Assembly: GCF_006345805.1 (NCBI RefSeq)
Contig: NC_043001.1
Coordinates: forward strand, 62,868,001 to 62,932,000
Length of the DNA stretch: 64,000 nucleotides
Direction of reading: 5' to 3'
Source: Octopus sinensis
Taxonomy: Eukaryota
A program made the position numbers and the translations under genes. This document shows, in pieces, positions 13,305 through 24,273 of the stretch (position 1 is the stretch's first letter; each line of letters starts with the position of its first letter). The notes under the pieces are model-generated. The model had not been told where the DNA came from. It searched no databases and was given only the letters and a program-made list of their open reading frames with translations.

Positions 13305-14214
13305 AAATGAGAGATAAAATATGGGTATGAACTTGGTATTCCTGATTAATTAATATCACACTATAAATGCAATTCATACATGTGCTATATACATAATCAT
13401 ACAGTACATGTCCTCCGTCAAGGCCAGAATATGGATCACAAGCATGCAATCGTCTTATATTAATACACATATACTATCTATATGTGAGGTCATACCTATG
13501 TCCATATATGTTATCAAAATAAGGAAACAAATCTGTAAAAGTAAAAATAATGCATGCAAGTGTGTATTAATTGCTTATTAAAAACAAGCAAGGCAGGTCC
13601 TATGACCCTTTTCAGGCCTTCAAGAATGGTGAGACCAAAGAACTGATCTGAATTTATGTAAAAAATTTACCTAAAACCCTCTTATTGCCACTGTAGAATA
13701 AACAAAAGTTTTATCAAAATTGATGACTGAAATGAAACAAAAGTAGTAGGTATCCTGAGTATCTAAAAGTAGGCAATCTTTCTGTGAAAGTATTATGGTG
13801 TTGTTTAACTCCAGATCAGCTCTGAACAGACACAAACATATTCAGACGTGACCAGCTTGCCTTTATTTCAGACAGTGCATTAAAGACTATAGTATCTAAA
13901 GTGTTCTTCCTTCTTTTAAGACAGTAGGGTGCGAGGCATTACATCAGCTCCTTTATTGGCTCAATTTTAATTGATGTTTTAATTAATTTTAATTAATTGA
14001 TCAAATTGATTATAACGGTTTAGGGAGAATAATTGGGAAAGGCGAAATCAACAGCATTCAGACTCAGATTTGATCGTAAGAGAAGACAAAGTGGATTGCT
14101 AAAAATAAAGAATTCCAATTCTCAAGAGTGTCACTATAAGGAATATGGGAGCTACAAATTGTGATATTAGGGTACCAACACTAAGTCGAAGTTGCAATGA
14201 TGGTCAAACCAAAG

Positions 14215-14470
14215 TGTTTGACCCGGTCAGAAAAACCAAAAAAAAAAAGTGTAATAGGTGCAAAGCAACTTGCTCTAAACGAATATGACAAAAAAAATGT
14301 GTGCTCGCGAAAGGGGAGTGAAGGAGAGGACTCGGAAAATTCACATATTGAATGTTCCGGGTCACATCTTCAGTCCATGGCCTTTAAACTATAGCGTTTG
14401 ACCTGGGCCGGAAAAAAATTAAAAAATAGTGTAATTGGTGTAAAACTACTTGTTCTAAACGATTATCACA
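14215..14470 (+). repeat. Modular about 140-bp CpG-rich repeat (same family as 18800-19195 and, inverted, 23896-24273)
   Basis: Shared blocks gtgtaataggtg(c/t)aaa.caactt.ctctaaac, ctcgcgaaagggg, ctcggaaaattcacat, catcttcagtcca(t/c)ggcctttaaacta. Confidence 0.8.
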
Positions 14471-14854
14471 AAAAGAGAAATGGTTGGTTCAAGGCAAGTG
14501 TGCATTGAACTGAATTTAAATAAGCAAGAAAGATATTATCAAAGAAAAAGCCCAGCAATAAACATGAACAATGAACAGTTAGTAACATACCTGAAAAACA
14601 ACACAGACACGAAAATTACAGATTTTGTTATACCCACACACAACACACCACCAAGCACACATACTTACATTAAAAGTTAGAACAGACTTAAAAAAAAACA
14701 AAAAAACATTCTAGATGTTGGGTTGCTAGGGAGAAATTTTTCCAAAAAACTTGGTGGAAACATCCATGCAAAAGCATAAGGGAGCCACCCCACCACACAA
14801 CAACAACAGTAAATAGAGCCTTTTTCTCCTTAATAAATACCCCTTTTTTAAAAC

Positions 14855-17793
14855 ATGGTAAAACTCAGAATCAGTAGTATAAATGTGAGAGGCCTTGGGT
14901 CACCTGTTAAACGACCTGAAGTTTTATAGCATGGATGTAGCAGCCATTAGTGAAACCAGGCTCTCCGACCCGCGGGAACTCGCAGCCCTTTTCGGCGGAT
15001 ACAAGATTTTTCTATCTCCGTGTAAGCCGGGAGCGGGCAGTGTTATTTTGGAAAGGCCTGGATTTGAAAATAAAGACAGTCTTCCTGGATCCAGAAGGTA
15101 AGTTGGTGGTCCTTGACGTAGATGGTAGTGACGGTGGTGCTTTCAGACTGCTGGCTGCCTATGCTCCGACAGGAGCAGGGCAGTTGGATTATTTCAAGCA
15201 TCTGGAAGTTTTCCTGGGTACATCACGCACTTTAGTACTAGTTGGGGATTGGAACACTGTCTTAGACGAATGTTTCGATCAGGTGGGCACAGGAGCATCT
15301 GATAGGAGAGGTGGGGTGCAAGAGCCTCGCCAACCTGCTCAGGTGCTTTCAGTTGTCCGACAGGTATCGACTAGACAACCCGAATGTACCAATGTGGACT
15401 TGGACTAATCGCATCGGGTCATCTAGATCGTACTTAGATAGAGATTTCTGTAGACCAGTGGATAAGGTTCAGCATAGGGTGTCCACAATTCCACCTAATC
15501 GACTACACAGACCAAAAATTTGTGATCTGTACGGTCGACTTAGATATGCTACATAGACAGGGTCCTGGCTACTGGAAGCTAAACGTGTTGTTAACAGCGT
15601 GCAAAGCCTACCGAGACTGGATTAGTTTATTAGTTAAACGGGCATTGACGGAAGCAATCATCAACAACAACTGGCGGTTCGCCCTCAAGAGAGCAATTAG
15701 AGCAAAATCAATTAAGTTTAGTAAGGCTTTAGCTGTAGAACGTAAGAAAACAGAGTGGGATTTAGTTAGAAAACTAGACGAGGCTCTTGAGACAGGCATC
15801 GCGACCGACGTGTTGGGCCTCGACCAACACTTTGACGCGTTGTCAGAGCTAAGGCACGTTCGCTAAGCGGGGAGGGAACTAATGCTGCTCGATGGGCCCA
15901 TGTGGCAGAGGCGAAGCGTGGCAACAAAGCGACCATTCGGTCTTTGGTGGACCAGAATGGGCGCGAGGTTTCCAAAACGAAGCAGATGTGTGCGGTCTTT
16001 CAGCAACACTTTGCTCAGCTGTTTGGGACAAACGGTGGGACGGACAATGGGACAGACTTCGGTGTGTACCTGGACGGCCTACCACAACTCTCGGACAGCG
16101 AGGCAGAGTGCTGCGAAAGACCTATATCTGCCTGGGAAGTGGAGGAAGCAATGAAAAGCTGCACGAGAGGTAGATTGCTGAGTTTAGATGGTCTGCCCTA
16201 CAAGCTTTACACTTCAATGCCAGACTTGTTTGCGGGCCTCTTGGCAAACGTCTACTGCAACTGGCAGCAAAATGGAAGAATTCCTGCTTTTGTTTGTCAA
16301 GAAGTGGTAGCTTTGCTGAGAAAGGACCCAAACAAGGGGGACGTTATAGGGAACTTTAGGCCCATCACTCTACTCAATGCAGAGTTGAAGATTTTGGCCA
16401 AGGTGTTAGCCAAGAGATTGGCATTCGTTGTGAACAAGCTGATTGGCAAGGCGCAGACATGTGCCGTGCCAACAAGGTCTATACACGATAATCTCCATCT
16501 CATGCACTACATCATAGAGAGGGTGGGTAACGAAGCTGGCGCGGGTGGGGCTTTGATAAATTTACATCAAAGTAAAGCCTTTGATAAGGTCAACCATCGA
16601 TACCTGGCAGCTGTTCTCAAGGCAGCCGGTTTCAGTCTGGTCTTCCGCGGGTGGATCGCTGCTTTGTACAGCAACATCTGCTCGGTGATATGGGTGAATG
16701 GTCACCTTTTGGAGCCGTTCAACATCTCGCGTTCGGTTCACCAAGGATGCCCTTTCTCCTCCCTCCTGTACGTACTGACTCTCAAGTCATTACTGCGGAA
16801 GTTGGAGGCTTTGAGAGGTGTTCCGCGCGATCTAGGATGTGGAAACAGCGTATCTGCCTATGCCGACGACATCACCGTGATGGTGTCGAGCCACAGGCAC
16901 ATTGATCTGATCGGCGAGACACTAAGCACATACGAAGCGGTGACAGGTGCAAAGATTAATGCAGAAAAGTCAGTGGGCTTGCAACTGGGCACCTGGAGGG
17001 GCGAGAGGAAGCTGTCCCTGAAAGGTTGAGCGGAGGTGGCGAATGCATACATCACATCCATCATCTGTTACCGATTGACCATCATCCCTTGTCCTGACCG
17101 CTGGTTGGCCAAGCTGGTGCACTTGTTATTCAACTTTTTGTGGAAGGGTCAGGTACCACTGGTCAGGCGCTCCATCTGCTGTCAATGGCCGCTGAACGGA
17201 GGCCTTGGCATGCCGTGGTTAATGATGCGCAGACATTAGCTCAGGCTACAGCATCTCAAGTGTTTCCGCAGCTCGGCTCTTTGACAGAACTGCAGTCATG
17301 GATCAAACGCAGACTGAGAAAGGGCGCTTGGCACCTCGAGTGCTGTCAAGCTCTCTCCGCCCTCCACAAAGCAGGCAATGCAATCGGTAGTAGTTCCACT
17401 CTAGCGTTCTATAGAGGGTTAGTGGAAGAAAAGTGTGACGACATTCTTGGGGAAACTCTAGGCATCAACGATAACGAATTAAACAGTCTGTTCGGAAGAA
17501 CTTTCGGGCCGGGGCCAATAGATAATTTCCAAAGGTAGCTCGCCTGGCAGTGCTACCGAGGGGCGCTGCCTGTTTGAGATAAACTCTACTGGCACGGAAG
17601 TGCTGTCAGCCGGTCCTGTCAGGATGATGAAACCGTTCTGCACGCACTCGTCCAGTGCCCAAGTATTGCTGACCTATGGGTTTATGTCGAACAGCTACTG
17701 TCACGTATAGGATGGATCCAGCTATCAGCTGAATCCATAGTGAAGATTGGCCCGTCAACCTCCTTTAACCGAGAGGGCAAGGCAATTTTCCTC
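14855..17793 (+). mobile_element. L1/Tx1-clade LINE ORF2 (AP endonuclease + RT + CCHC), decayed
   Basis: MVKLRISSINVRGLG, DVAAISETRL, LVGDWN, SYLDR (EN); NFRPITLLNAELKILAK, QSKAFDKV, SVHQGCPFS, AYADD (RT); ETVLHALVQCP (zinc knuckle). Stops and frameshifts; the 3' end is cut by a palindromic element. Confidence 0.9.
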
Positions 17794-18706
17794 TTTTAGA
17801 CGGAGCAAATGATTTTAGCTCAATAGAGGCGATTCATTGGTTAAAATTCGAAAAATTAAACTACGTTAAACTTACAAATTACAATTTTCTTAAGAAAGCC
17901 AAGACAAAAAATGAGATCTTTTCCTTTTGAACGGCAGTTTTCAACACAATTTCTAGTAAACTAAACACTTTTAAACTTCGTATACTGGTAGAATGTGTCA
18001 AAATAAAACATTTTTTTCTCTTGGCTTTCTTGAGAAAATTGTAATTTGTAAGTTTAACGTAGTTTAATTTTTCGAATTTTAACCAATCCTATGCCCTCTA
18101 TTTAGCTAAAATTATTTGCTGCATCTAAAATTGAGACAACATCCTGTCACTAACCCTAACCCTAAATTTTAGCCTTTCGGTTTTTTTTTTCTTAATTGTT
18201 AAATTAATTTAATTGTTATGCATGTGTCTAAAATTATTCGTTTTGTTTTTGTTTTGAGTTTTTGCTTTCATTTTTTTTCTTAATTGCTAAATTAAAATTA
18301 TTTTCCATTGCTTTCGTTTTTTTTTTCTTAATTGTTATCCTTAAATTAATTTGACAATTAAGAAAAAAGAAAAATGAATAGCTAAAATTTAGGGTTAGGG
18401 TTAGTGACAGGATGTTGTCGGTTTTAGACGCAGCAAATGATTTTAGCTCATAAACTATGTTAAACTTACAAATTACAATTTTCTCAAGAAAGCCAAGACA
18501 AAAAAATGTTTTATTTTGACACATTCTACCAGTATACGAAGTTTAAAAGTGTTTAGTTAACTAGAAATTGCGTTGAAAACTGCCGTTCAAAAGGAAAAGA
18601 TCCAAAAAATGTTTTATTTTGACACATTCTACCAGTATACGAAGTTTAAAAGTGTTTAGTTAACTAGAAATTGTGTTGAAAACTGCCGTTCAAAAGCAAA
18701 AGATCC
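17794..18706. repeat. Nested palindromic non-autonomous element with short TTAGGG motifs and a 103-bp tandem duplication
   Basis: IR 17794-17913 / 18009-18130; larger IR about 17914-18210 / 18343-18610; tandem units 18501-18603 and 18604-18706; aaccctaaccctaa / ttagggttagggtt in the arms. Confidence 0.8.
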
Positions 18707-18799
18707 ATTATTTCTATAACATAATAATTTAAATGTATGTTAAAGAGAATTTAATAACACAAACTGTCTGCATAAAGAATTAAAAAAATTTTTTTGGTT

Positions 18800-19195
18800 A
18801 AACTAAAGTGTTAAACCCGGTCAAAAAAACAAAAAAAAATTTGTGTAATAGGTGTAAAACAACTTCCTCTAAACAAATATGAAAAAGATATGTGCGCATG
18901 CGAAAGGGGAGTGGGGGAGAGGCCTCGGAAAATTCACATCGGGAATTTCCGAAAGCATCTGAGGGGCTGACCTGGGCACCAAAACAAAACAAAAAATAGT
19001 GTAATATGTGTAAAACAACTTGCTCTAAATGAATATGACCAAAAAAAATGCGCACTCGCGAAAGGGGGTGGGGGAGAGGCCTCGGAAAATTTACATCGGG
19101 AATTTCCGAAAGCATCTGACCCGGAATCATAAACTCCGTATTTTTGTATGTATTCGCAAAAAAAAAAAAAAGAAATTCTGGAAAAAGTGAAGATA
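18800..19195 (+). repeat. Left arm of a long modular inverted repeat (foldback-like)
   Basis: Two about 140-bp monomers plus gaatcataaactccgta...aaaaagtgaaga; the reverse complement is found at 23896-24273. Confidence 0.8.
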
Positions 19196-19741
19196 TTTTA
19201 AAGTTAAAGAAAACATTCCTTATGAGATAACTTAATTTCACTTGTTAGTACCATGTTTTTCTACAAGATCTTTTCAAGAAATACAGTTACATAAACACAG
19301 GTGAAGCGAAACATTCTTTGATTGGTTTATTTATAATCCTTCCGAGTGAATATGCATATATCGCAGATAATCTTTTTCTTACTGTCAACTAATAGATGAC
19401 CTGCTGGTAATTGAAATGAAAATATTCTGAACTTAGAGCTAAACATTTGCAAATTGTTAGGCTTTTTGGAAAATTATGATTAATATTACTTTGTTATTCT
19501 AGACTTAGGGAGGAACGACCAAATTTATCTCACTACCTGTTTTTTCCACTGAACAAATTTTAAAACACTTGACATTTGTTTGATAGATAGATACCCGAGA
19601 ATTTTAAAAGGGTACATTACAAACGTACATTTATATTATTCTTTAAAAAAATGATCTGCTTACTTTTTATTTTATTATTTTTACTAGAACTTAATACAAT
19701 CATACAGTATAGTATAACCTATTGTAGCCGACTGAATAAAC

Positions 19742-20021
19742 TGTGGGATGATGTCAGCAGCTGGGTGCGTTGACCGGAAGCTGGGGCAACCAGAAGGGGC
19801 AGCTGTCAGGCGTGCGCAGGCAGCGGTCAATTGGGCCTTTTCCAACGTGGGTCGTCCAGGTGACAAGACGTGTGAGGACAGTCGCTAAGGGTTTGGGTGA
19901 GCAGCTGCTATCTTTAGTGTTCGGGTCAGGGCTGTGTCAAAGGATTAGCTACCACAGAAGGGTCTCCATCACGAGGAAGAGAAGGTAGGTGCCTTTATAT
20001 TCAAATCGTGCATACACCACA
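19742..20021 (+). repeat. 5' LTR of element 2
   Basis: TGTGGGATG...CACCACA, 273/280 identical to the 3' LTR. Confidence 0.97.
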
Positions 20022-20033
20022 AGCTATTTCGGC
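20022..20033 (+). promoter_or_regulatory. Putative non-canonical primer-binding site AGCTATTTCGGC (antisense to tRNA-Phe nt 1-12)
   Basis: Abuts the LTR end and has no TGG; exact reverse complement of GCCGAAATAGCT, the 5' end of human/Drosophila tRNA-Phe(GAA). Confidence 0.75.
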
Positions 20034-20074
20034 AGTTCTTAAACATTTACATTTCAACACGATTCGTTGCCACG

Positions 20075-20976
20075 ATGTCTGCAAAAATTAGGATCGCCAG
20101 CGATGTCGTCAGACCTTTTAATGGTGAAGGCAATGTAGTGGCCTGGATTCGCAAAATCAGGCTGGTGGCAAGACTGCAAGGTATAAGCGATGTGGCAAGT
20201 CTTATGGCGCTGTATTTAGAAGGGAGTGCCTTAACGCTATACCTTGAGATGGATGAAGAGGAATGGCTCAGCGAGGAGAACATAGAGCGACGCTTGCAGG
20301 ATGCCTACACGGAATGCGAATACACAGCTTTTGCTAAGCTAGGTGCGATCAGGTGGACGGGAAGCCAAGTGGATGACTATGCAGCAGAAGTTAGAAGGTT
20401 AGCGACTCTGGCTGGGTTTGCGGGAGAAGGGCTGGAGAGAGCAGCCCTGCTGGCGTTTGTGAATGGGTTCCCCGATGATGTAGGGATTCACCTACAACGA
20501 CTGCCCGGGATTAAAAAGATGGCGCTGAGCGAACTCGTGGCTCAGGCCCGCATGTTGACGAGACACTCTGGGTGGAAGGCGATAGCGATGGCAGTGACGG
20601 AGGCGCTACTGGAGACGCTGCCATTGATTGATGTGGAGGCCAAGGGGAAGATGTTCAAGGCCCTCATGGATACGGGCTGTACGACCACCCTTGTGACTTC
20701 GAGGGTGACGAAGGAATGGAACGGGGTGAGTAGTGTCCAGGCGGTCGACGGCAGCGAAATCCGTTGCAGAGGCAGCAGCAAGGTAGAGATAGTGGTGCGC
20801 GGCGCGAGCTAAGGCTGCATTCAATTGTGGCCGAACGCGTGATAGATGGAGTTGATGTGGTGATGGGGATGGACGCCATCAACTGCCTCGGTGGCGTCAG
20901 TGTTGTGGGAAATGAGGTCACGTTCGGAAGCGTGGGGGTGTCGTGCACTGCGAGTCAGGATCGCCAGAGAGAGTAG
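20075..20976 (+). pseudogene. gag + aspartic protease of element 2 (frameshift near 20810)
   Basis: ORF 20075-20812 (MSAKIRIASDVVRPF...ALMDTGCTTTLV) continues in another frame (VIDGVDVVMGMDAINCLGG). No CCHC knuckle. Confidence 0.9.
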
Positions 20977-20999
20977 AGCCCCGTGAGGGACTGCGCCGC

Positions 21000-23314
21000 T
21001 TACACCATTGAGAACAAAGACTTTCAGGCGGCGTTCGATGGTCAGTGGTGGACGATAGAGTGGCAATGGAAGGACAAGCCCCCAACGCTGGAAAACAGGG
21101 TGAGCTGTTACCAGCATACCCTGAAAGGCCGGCCACATCAGGGTCGAGTTTGAAGACGAGGTGGAGAGGTGGATCGAGGAAGGGGTCCTTGTCCCTTGGA
21201 AGGAGGAGGTAGCGGGTGGAGTGCTACCCCTGATGGCAGTGGTGCAGACTACGAAGGGAAAAGTCAGACTGGTGCTGGACTTCAGGGAGCTAAACCAGCA
21301 CATATCGTGTCACACGGGAGGTGAGGCGTTACGTGCGTGGAGACAGTCGACTTGAGATCGGCATACTTGCAGCTCCATGTGAGCGACAAACTGTGGCGAT
21401 ATCAGCTGGTGCGGTACAAGGGCCGGACATACTGTTTAACCAGACTGGGTTTCGGGCTGAATTCTGCTCCAAAGATCAAGGTGGCAGAGCTTAGGTCCGT
21501 CCTAGGGAAAGATGGCAAGATTAGAAAGGCCACCAGCTCCTACATTGACGACATTTTGGTGGACAAAACTGTAGTGCCAGTCGACGAGGTAGTTAGTCAT
21601 CTGGAGAAGTTCGGACTAATTGCTAAGCCACCGGAGTCGATTGAAGGGGGAGCCACGCTGGGGCTGAAGCTGCGAAGAGATGGATCGGGTGAATTGGTGT
21701 TCCGGAGAGGAAATGAGATCCCAGAGCTGAGTTCCAGCGTCAGCAGGAGAGAGCTGTTCTCGGTGTGTGGGAAGTTGGTCGGTCACTACCCGATCGCTGG
21801 ATGGCTGCGCATGGCATGTAGTTACACCAAGAGACGAGCAGAAGGGGAGAGGTGGGGGCGACAAGGTGGGAGAAGGGACGGTGGCAATGATGCAGGAAAT
21901 CCTAGAGAGGACGAGAGTGGAAGACCCGGTCAGGGGGATCTGGTACGTGCCCAAGACGGAATGCGGGACCGTCTGGTGTGATGCCAGCAGTATAGCGATA
22001 GGGGTGGTGTTGGCAATCGAAGGCGCTGCGGTGGAGGACGTGGCCTGGCTTCGGAAAGCAGATGATTTCAACCACATCAACGTCGCCGAATTAGACGCGG
22101 TGCTGAAAGGGGTGAACTTGGCCTTGAAATGGGGGCTGTGCACAATTGAAACCCGGACGGATTCAGCCACTGTGGTTGGCTGGGTAGGATCGGTGATCAC
22201 CGGTGAAAGGAGAGTGCGGACGAAAGGTGCTGCGGAGATGTTAGTGAAGCGCTGTCTAGGAGTTCTAGGTGAATTGATCGCCGAGTTCGGACTGAAGCTG
22301 AGCGTGGTTTTCGTGCCTTCGGAGAAAAACAGGGCAGACATACTGACCAGGGTGAAAAGAGCGTGGTTGGAAGAACCGGAGGAGGCCCCGAAAGGGATAG
22401 CTGCGGCGTGTCGTTTGGATGACTCTGAACTGAAGAGACTGCATGCTATGCATCACTTGGGTGTGGACAGGACCCTGTATCTGGCGAAGAAAATTGATAC
22501 TGACGTCACTAGGAGAAGCATACGGAAGGTGGTCGGGAGCTGCGACAGGTGTCAGTCCATCGACCCTGCTCCGTGTGGGCATGAACAGGGAAACCTTTCC
22601 GTGGAGCAGAACTGGAAAAGGCTAGCTGTGGATGTAACACACTACCGTCAGCAAATGTACCTCTCCATGGTCGACTGCGGGCCGGGCCGGCTGGCCATTT
22701 GGAGGGAGTTGAGATCGGGCATTGCTGACGAGATCACGCAGATCCTGAACGGGATATTCTTAGAGAGAGGTCCTATGGAAGAACTACTGATGGACAATGG
22801 GGCGGCGTTTCGTTCGGAAGCATTGAGGGTTATGCTTGATCGGTGGAATGTGCGACGCTTGTTCAGAGCAGCCTATAGGCCGAGCGGTAACGGGATCGTG
22901 GAGAGGCACCATCAGACAGTCAAGGCCATAGCGGAAAGAGGGCACATTTCGCCGCTTGAAGCAGTTTTTTGGTACAACTTGTCTCCCCGATCCAGACAAG
23001 CTGAAGAATCTGTGCTGCAGAGAGCTGTGTTCAAATATGAATGGAGGCACCCGAGCAAAGCGCCGGGGGATCACGAGGAAGAGAAGGGACCCGTTTGCGT
23101 GAAAATAGGGGAGGAAGTCTGGGTCAAGCCACCAAAGGCACGCTGTACGTCTCAATGGAGCAGAGGAACGGTGACGGCGGTCAATTCCAGAAACAACGTA
23201 TCCGTAGATGGAATGCCACGACATGTCTTGGACCTATGCAGGATTGTCGCTTCGACGGACGACGATTCTGGAGAGGGGGAAAACGAGGAGCCCAGCTTGA
23301 GAAGATCTCGATGA
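21000..23314 (+). pseudogene. pol (RT, RNase H, integrase) of element 2, frameshifted
   Basis: VDLRSAYLQ, TRLGFGLNSAPK, YIDDI (RT); CDASS, HINVAELDAV, TDS (RNase H); HAMHH...CDRC, LAVDVT, MDNG, NGIVER (HHCC + DDE integrase). Confidence 0.92.
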
Positions 23315-23375
23315 GCAAGGCGCTCTCCCAGTTGGATGGTGAACTACGACATGGAGCGGAGAGATTGTGATCTTT

Positions 23376-23390
23376 AAGATCAGGGTGGCA
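23376..23390 (+). promoter_or_regulatory. Atypical polypurine-tract position (AAGATCAGGGTGGCA)
   Basis: Immediately precedes the 3' LTR; the homologous GAGATCAGGAGGCA precedes the 3' LTR of element 1. Confidence 0.55.
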
Positions 23391-23670
23391 TGTGGGATGA
23401 CGTCAGCAGCTGGGTGCGTTGACCGGAAGCTGGGGCAACCAGAAGGGGCAGCTGTCAGGCGTGCGCAGGCAGCGGTCAATTGGGCCTTTTCCAACATGGG
23501 TCGTCCAGGTGACAAGACGTGTGAGGACGGTCGCTAAGGGTTTGGGTGAGCAGCTGCTATCTTTAGTGTTCGGGTCGGGGCTGTGTCGAAGGATTAGCTA
23601 CCACAGAAGGGTCTCCATCACAAGGAAGAGAAGGTAGGTGCCTTTATATTCAAATCGTGCACACACCACA
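23391..23670 (+). repeat. 3' LTR of element 2
   Basis: Direct repeat of 19742-20021, followed by the TSD TAAAC. Confidence 0.97.
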
Positions 23671-23895
23671 TAAACAACTGAGTACAATCTTGCTACGCTA
23701 GTAAATCTGTAAAATACCCATCGGATGCTTATCTGAAATGGAGAAAATACTTATAAACTTTATCAGGCTAAATAAAATTCGGTAAAAACGACTAAGCAAA
23801 GAGAAAGACGAATCCATATATGCATTGTCAATTGATTTATATATAGTTAGATTCTGACACGCATTTTGATTCACATGGCGGAGATCCAACATTTC

Positions 23896-24273
23896 TTCAC
23901 TTTTTTCAGAATTTCTTCTCTTTTTTTTTTTTTTTGCGAAATACGTAGAAAAGTACGGAGTTTATGATTCATGTGTGTTCTTGATAATCGTTTAGAACAA
24001 GTAGTTTTACACCAATTACACTATTTTTTTCTTAGTTTAAAGGCCGTGGACTGAAGATGTGAAATTTCCGAGGCCTCTCCCCCACCCCCCTTTCGCGAGC
24101 GCGCATTTTTTTCATCATATTCGTTTAGAGCAAGTTGTTTTACACATATTACACTATTTTTTGTTTTGTTTTGGTGCCCGGGTCAGCCCCTCAGACGCTT
24201 TCGGAAATTCCCGATGTGAATTTTCCGAGGCCTCTCCCCCTTTCGCGTGCGCGCATTTTTTTTTTTTTGTCAT
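23896..24273 (-). repeat. Right arm of the long modular inverted repeat
   Basis: Reverse complement of 18878-19195 over most of its length; one inner module instead matches 14365-14470. Confidence 0.8.

Larger units (their letters stand above)
19742..23670 (+). mobile_element. Young Gypsy/Ty3-order LTR retrotransposon (element 2), structurally complete but frameshifted
   Basis: 280-bp TG...CA LTRs (19742-20021 and 23391-23670) differing at 7 sites; perfect 5-bp TSD TAAAC (19737-19741 and 23671-23675); domain order gag-PR-RT-RH-INT. Confidence 0.97.

Noticed and set aside
18145-18410. TTAGGG/CCCTAA motifs as an interstitial telomere
   Set aside because: Only about two units per site, embedded in the arms of a palindromic repeat (similar short motifs at about 1810 and 36015).
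19742-20033. Tf1/sushi-like self-priming as the explanation for the odd PBS
   Set aside because: The best LTR segment (gtc(g/a)aaggattagct, about 19936-19950) pairs only with a 3-nt bulge and wobbles and is not conserved in element 1, whereas tRNA-Phe nt 1-12 match 12/12. It is not fully excluded without TSS mapping.
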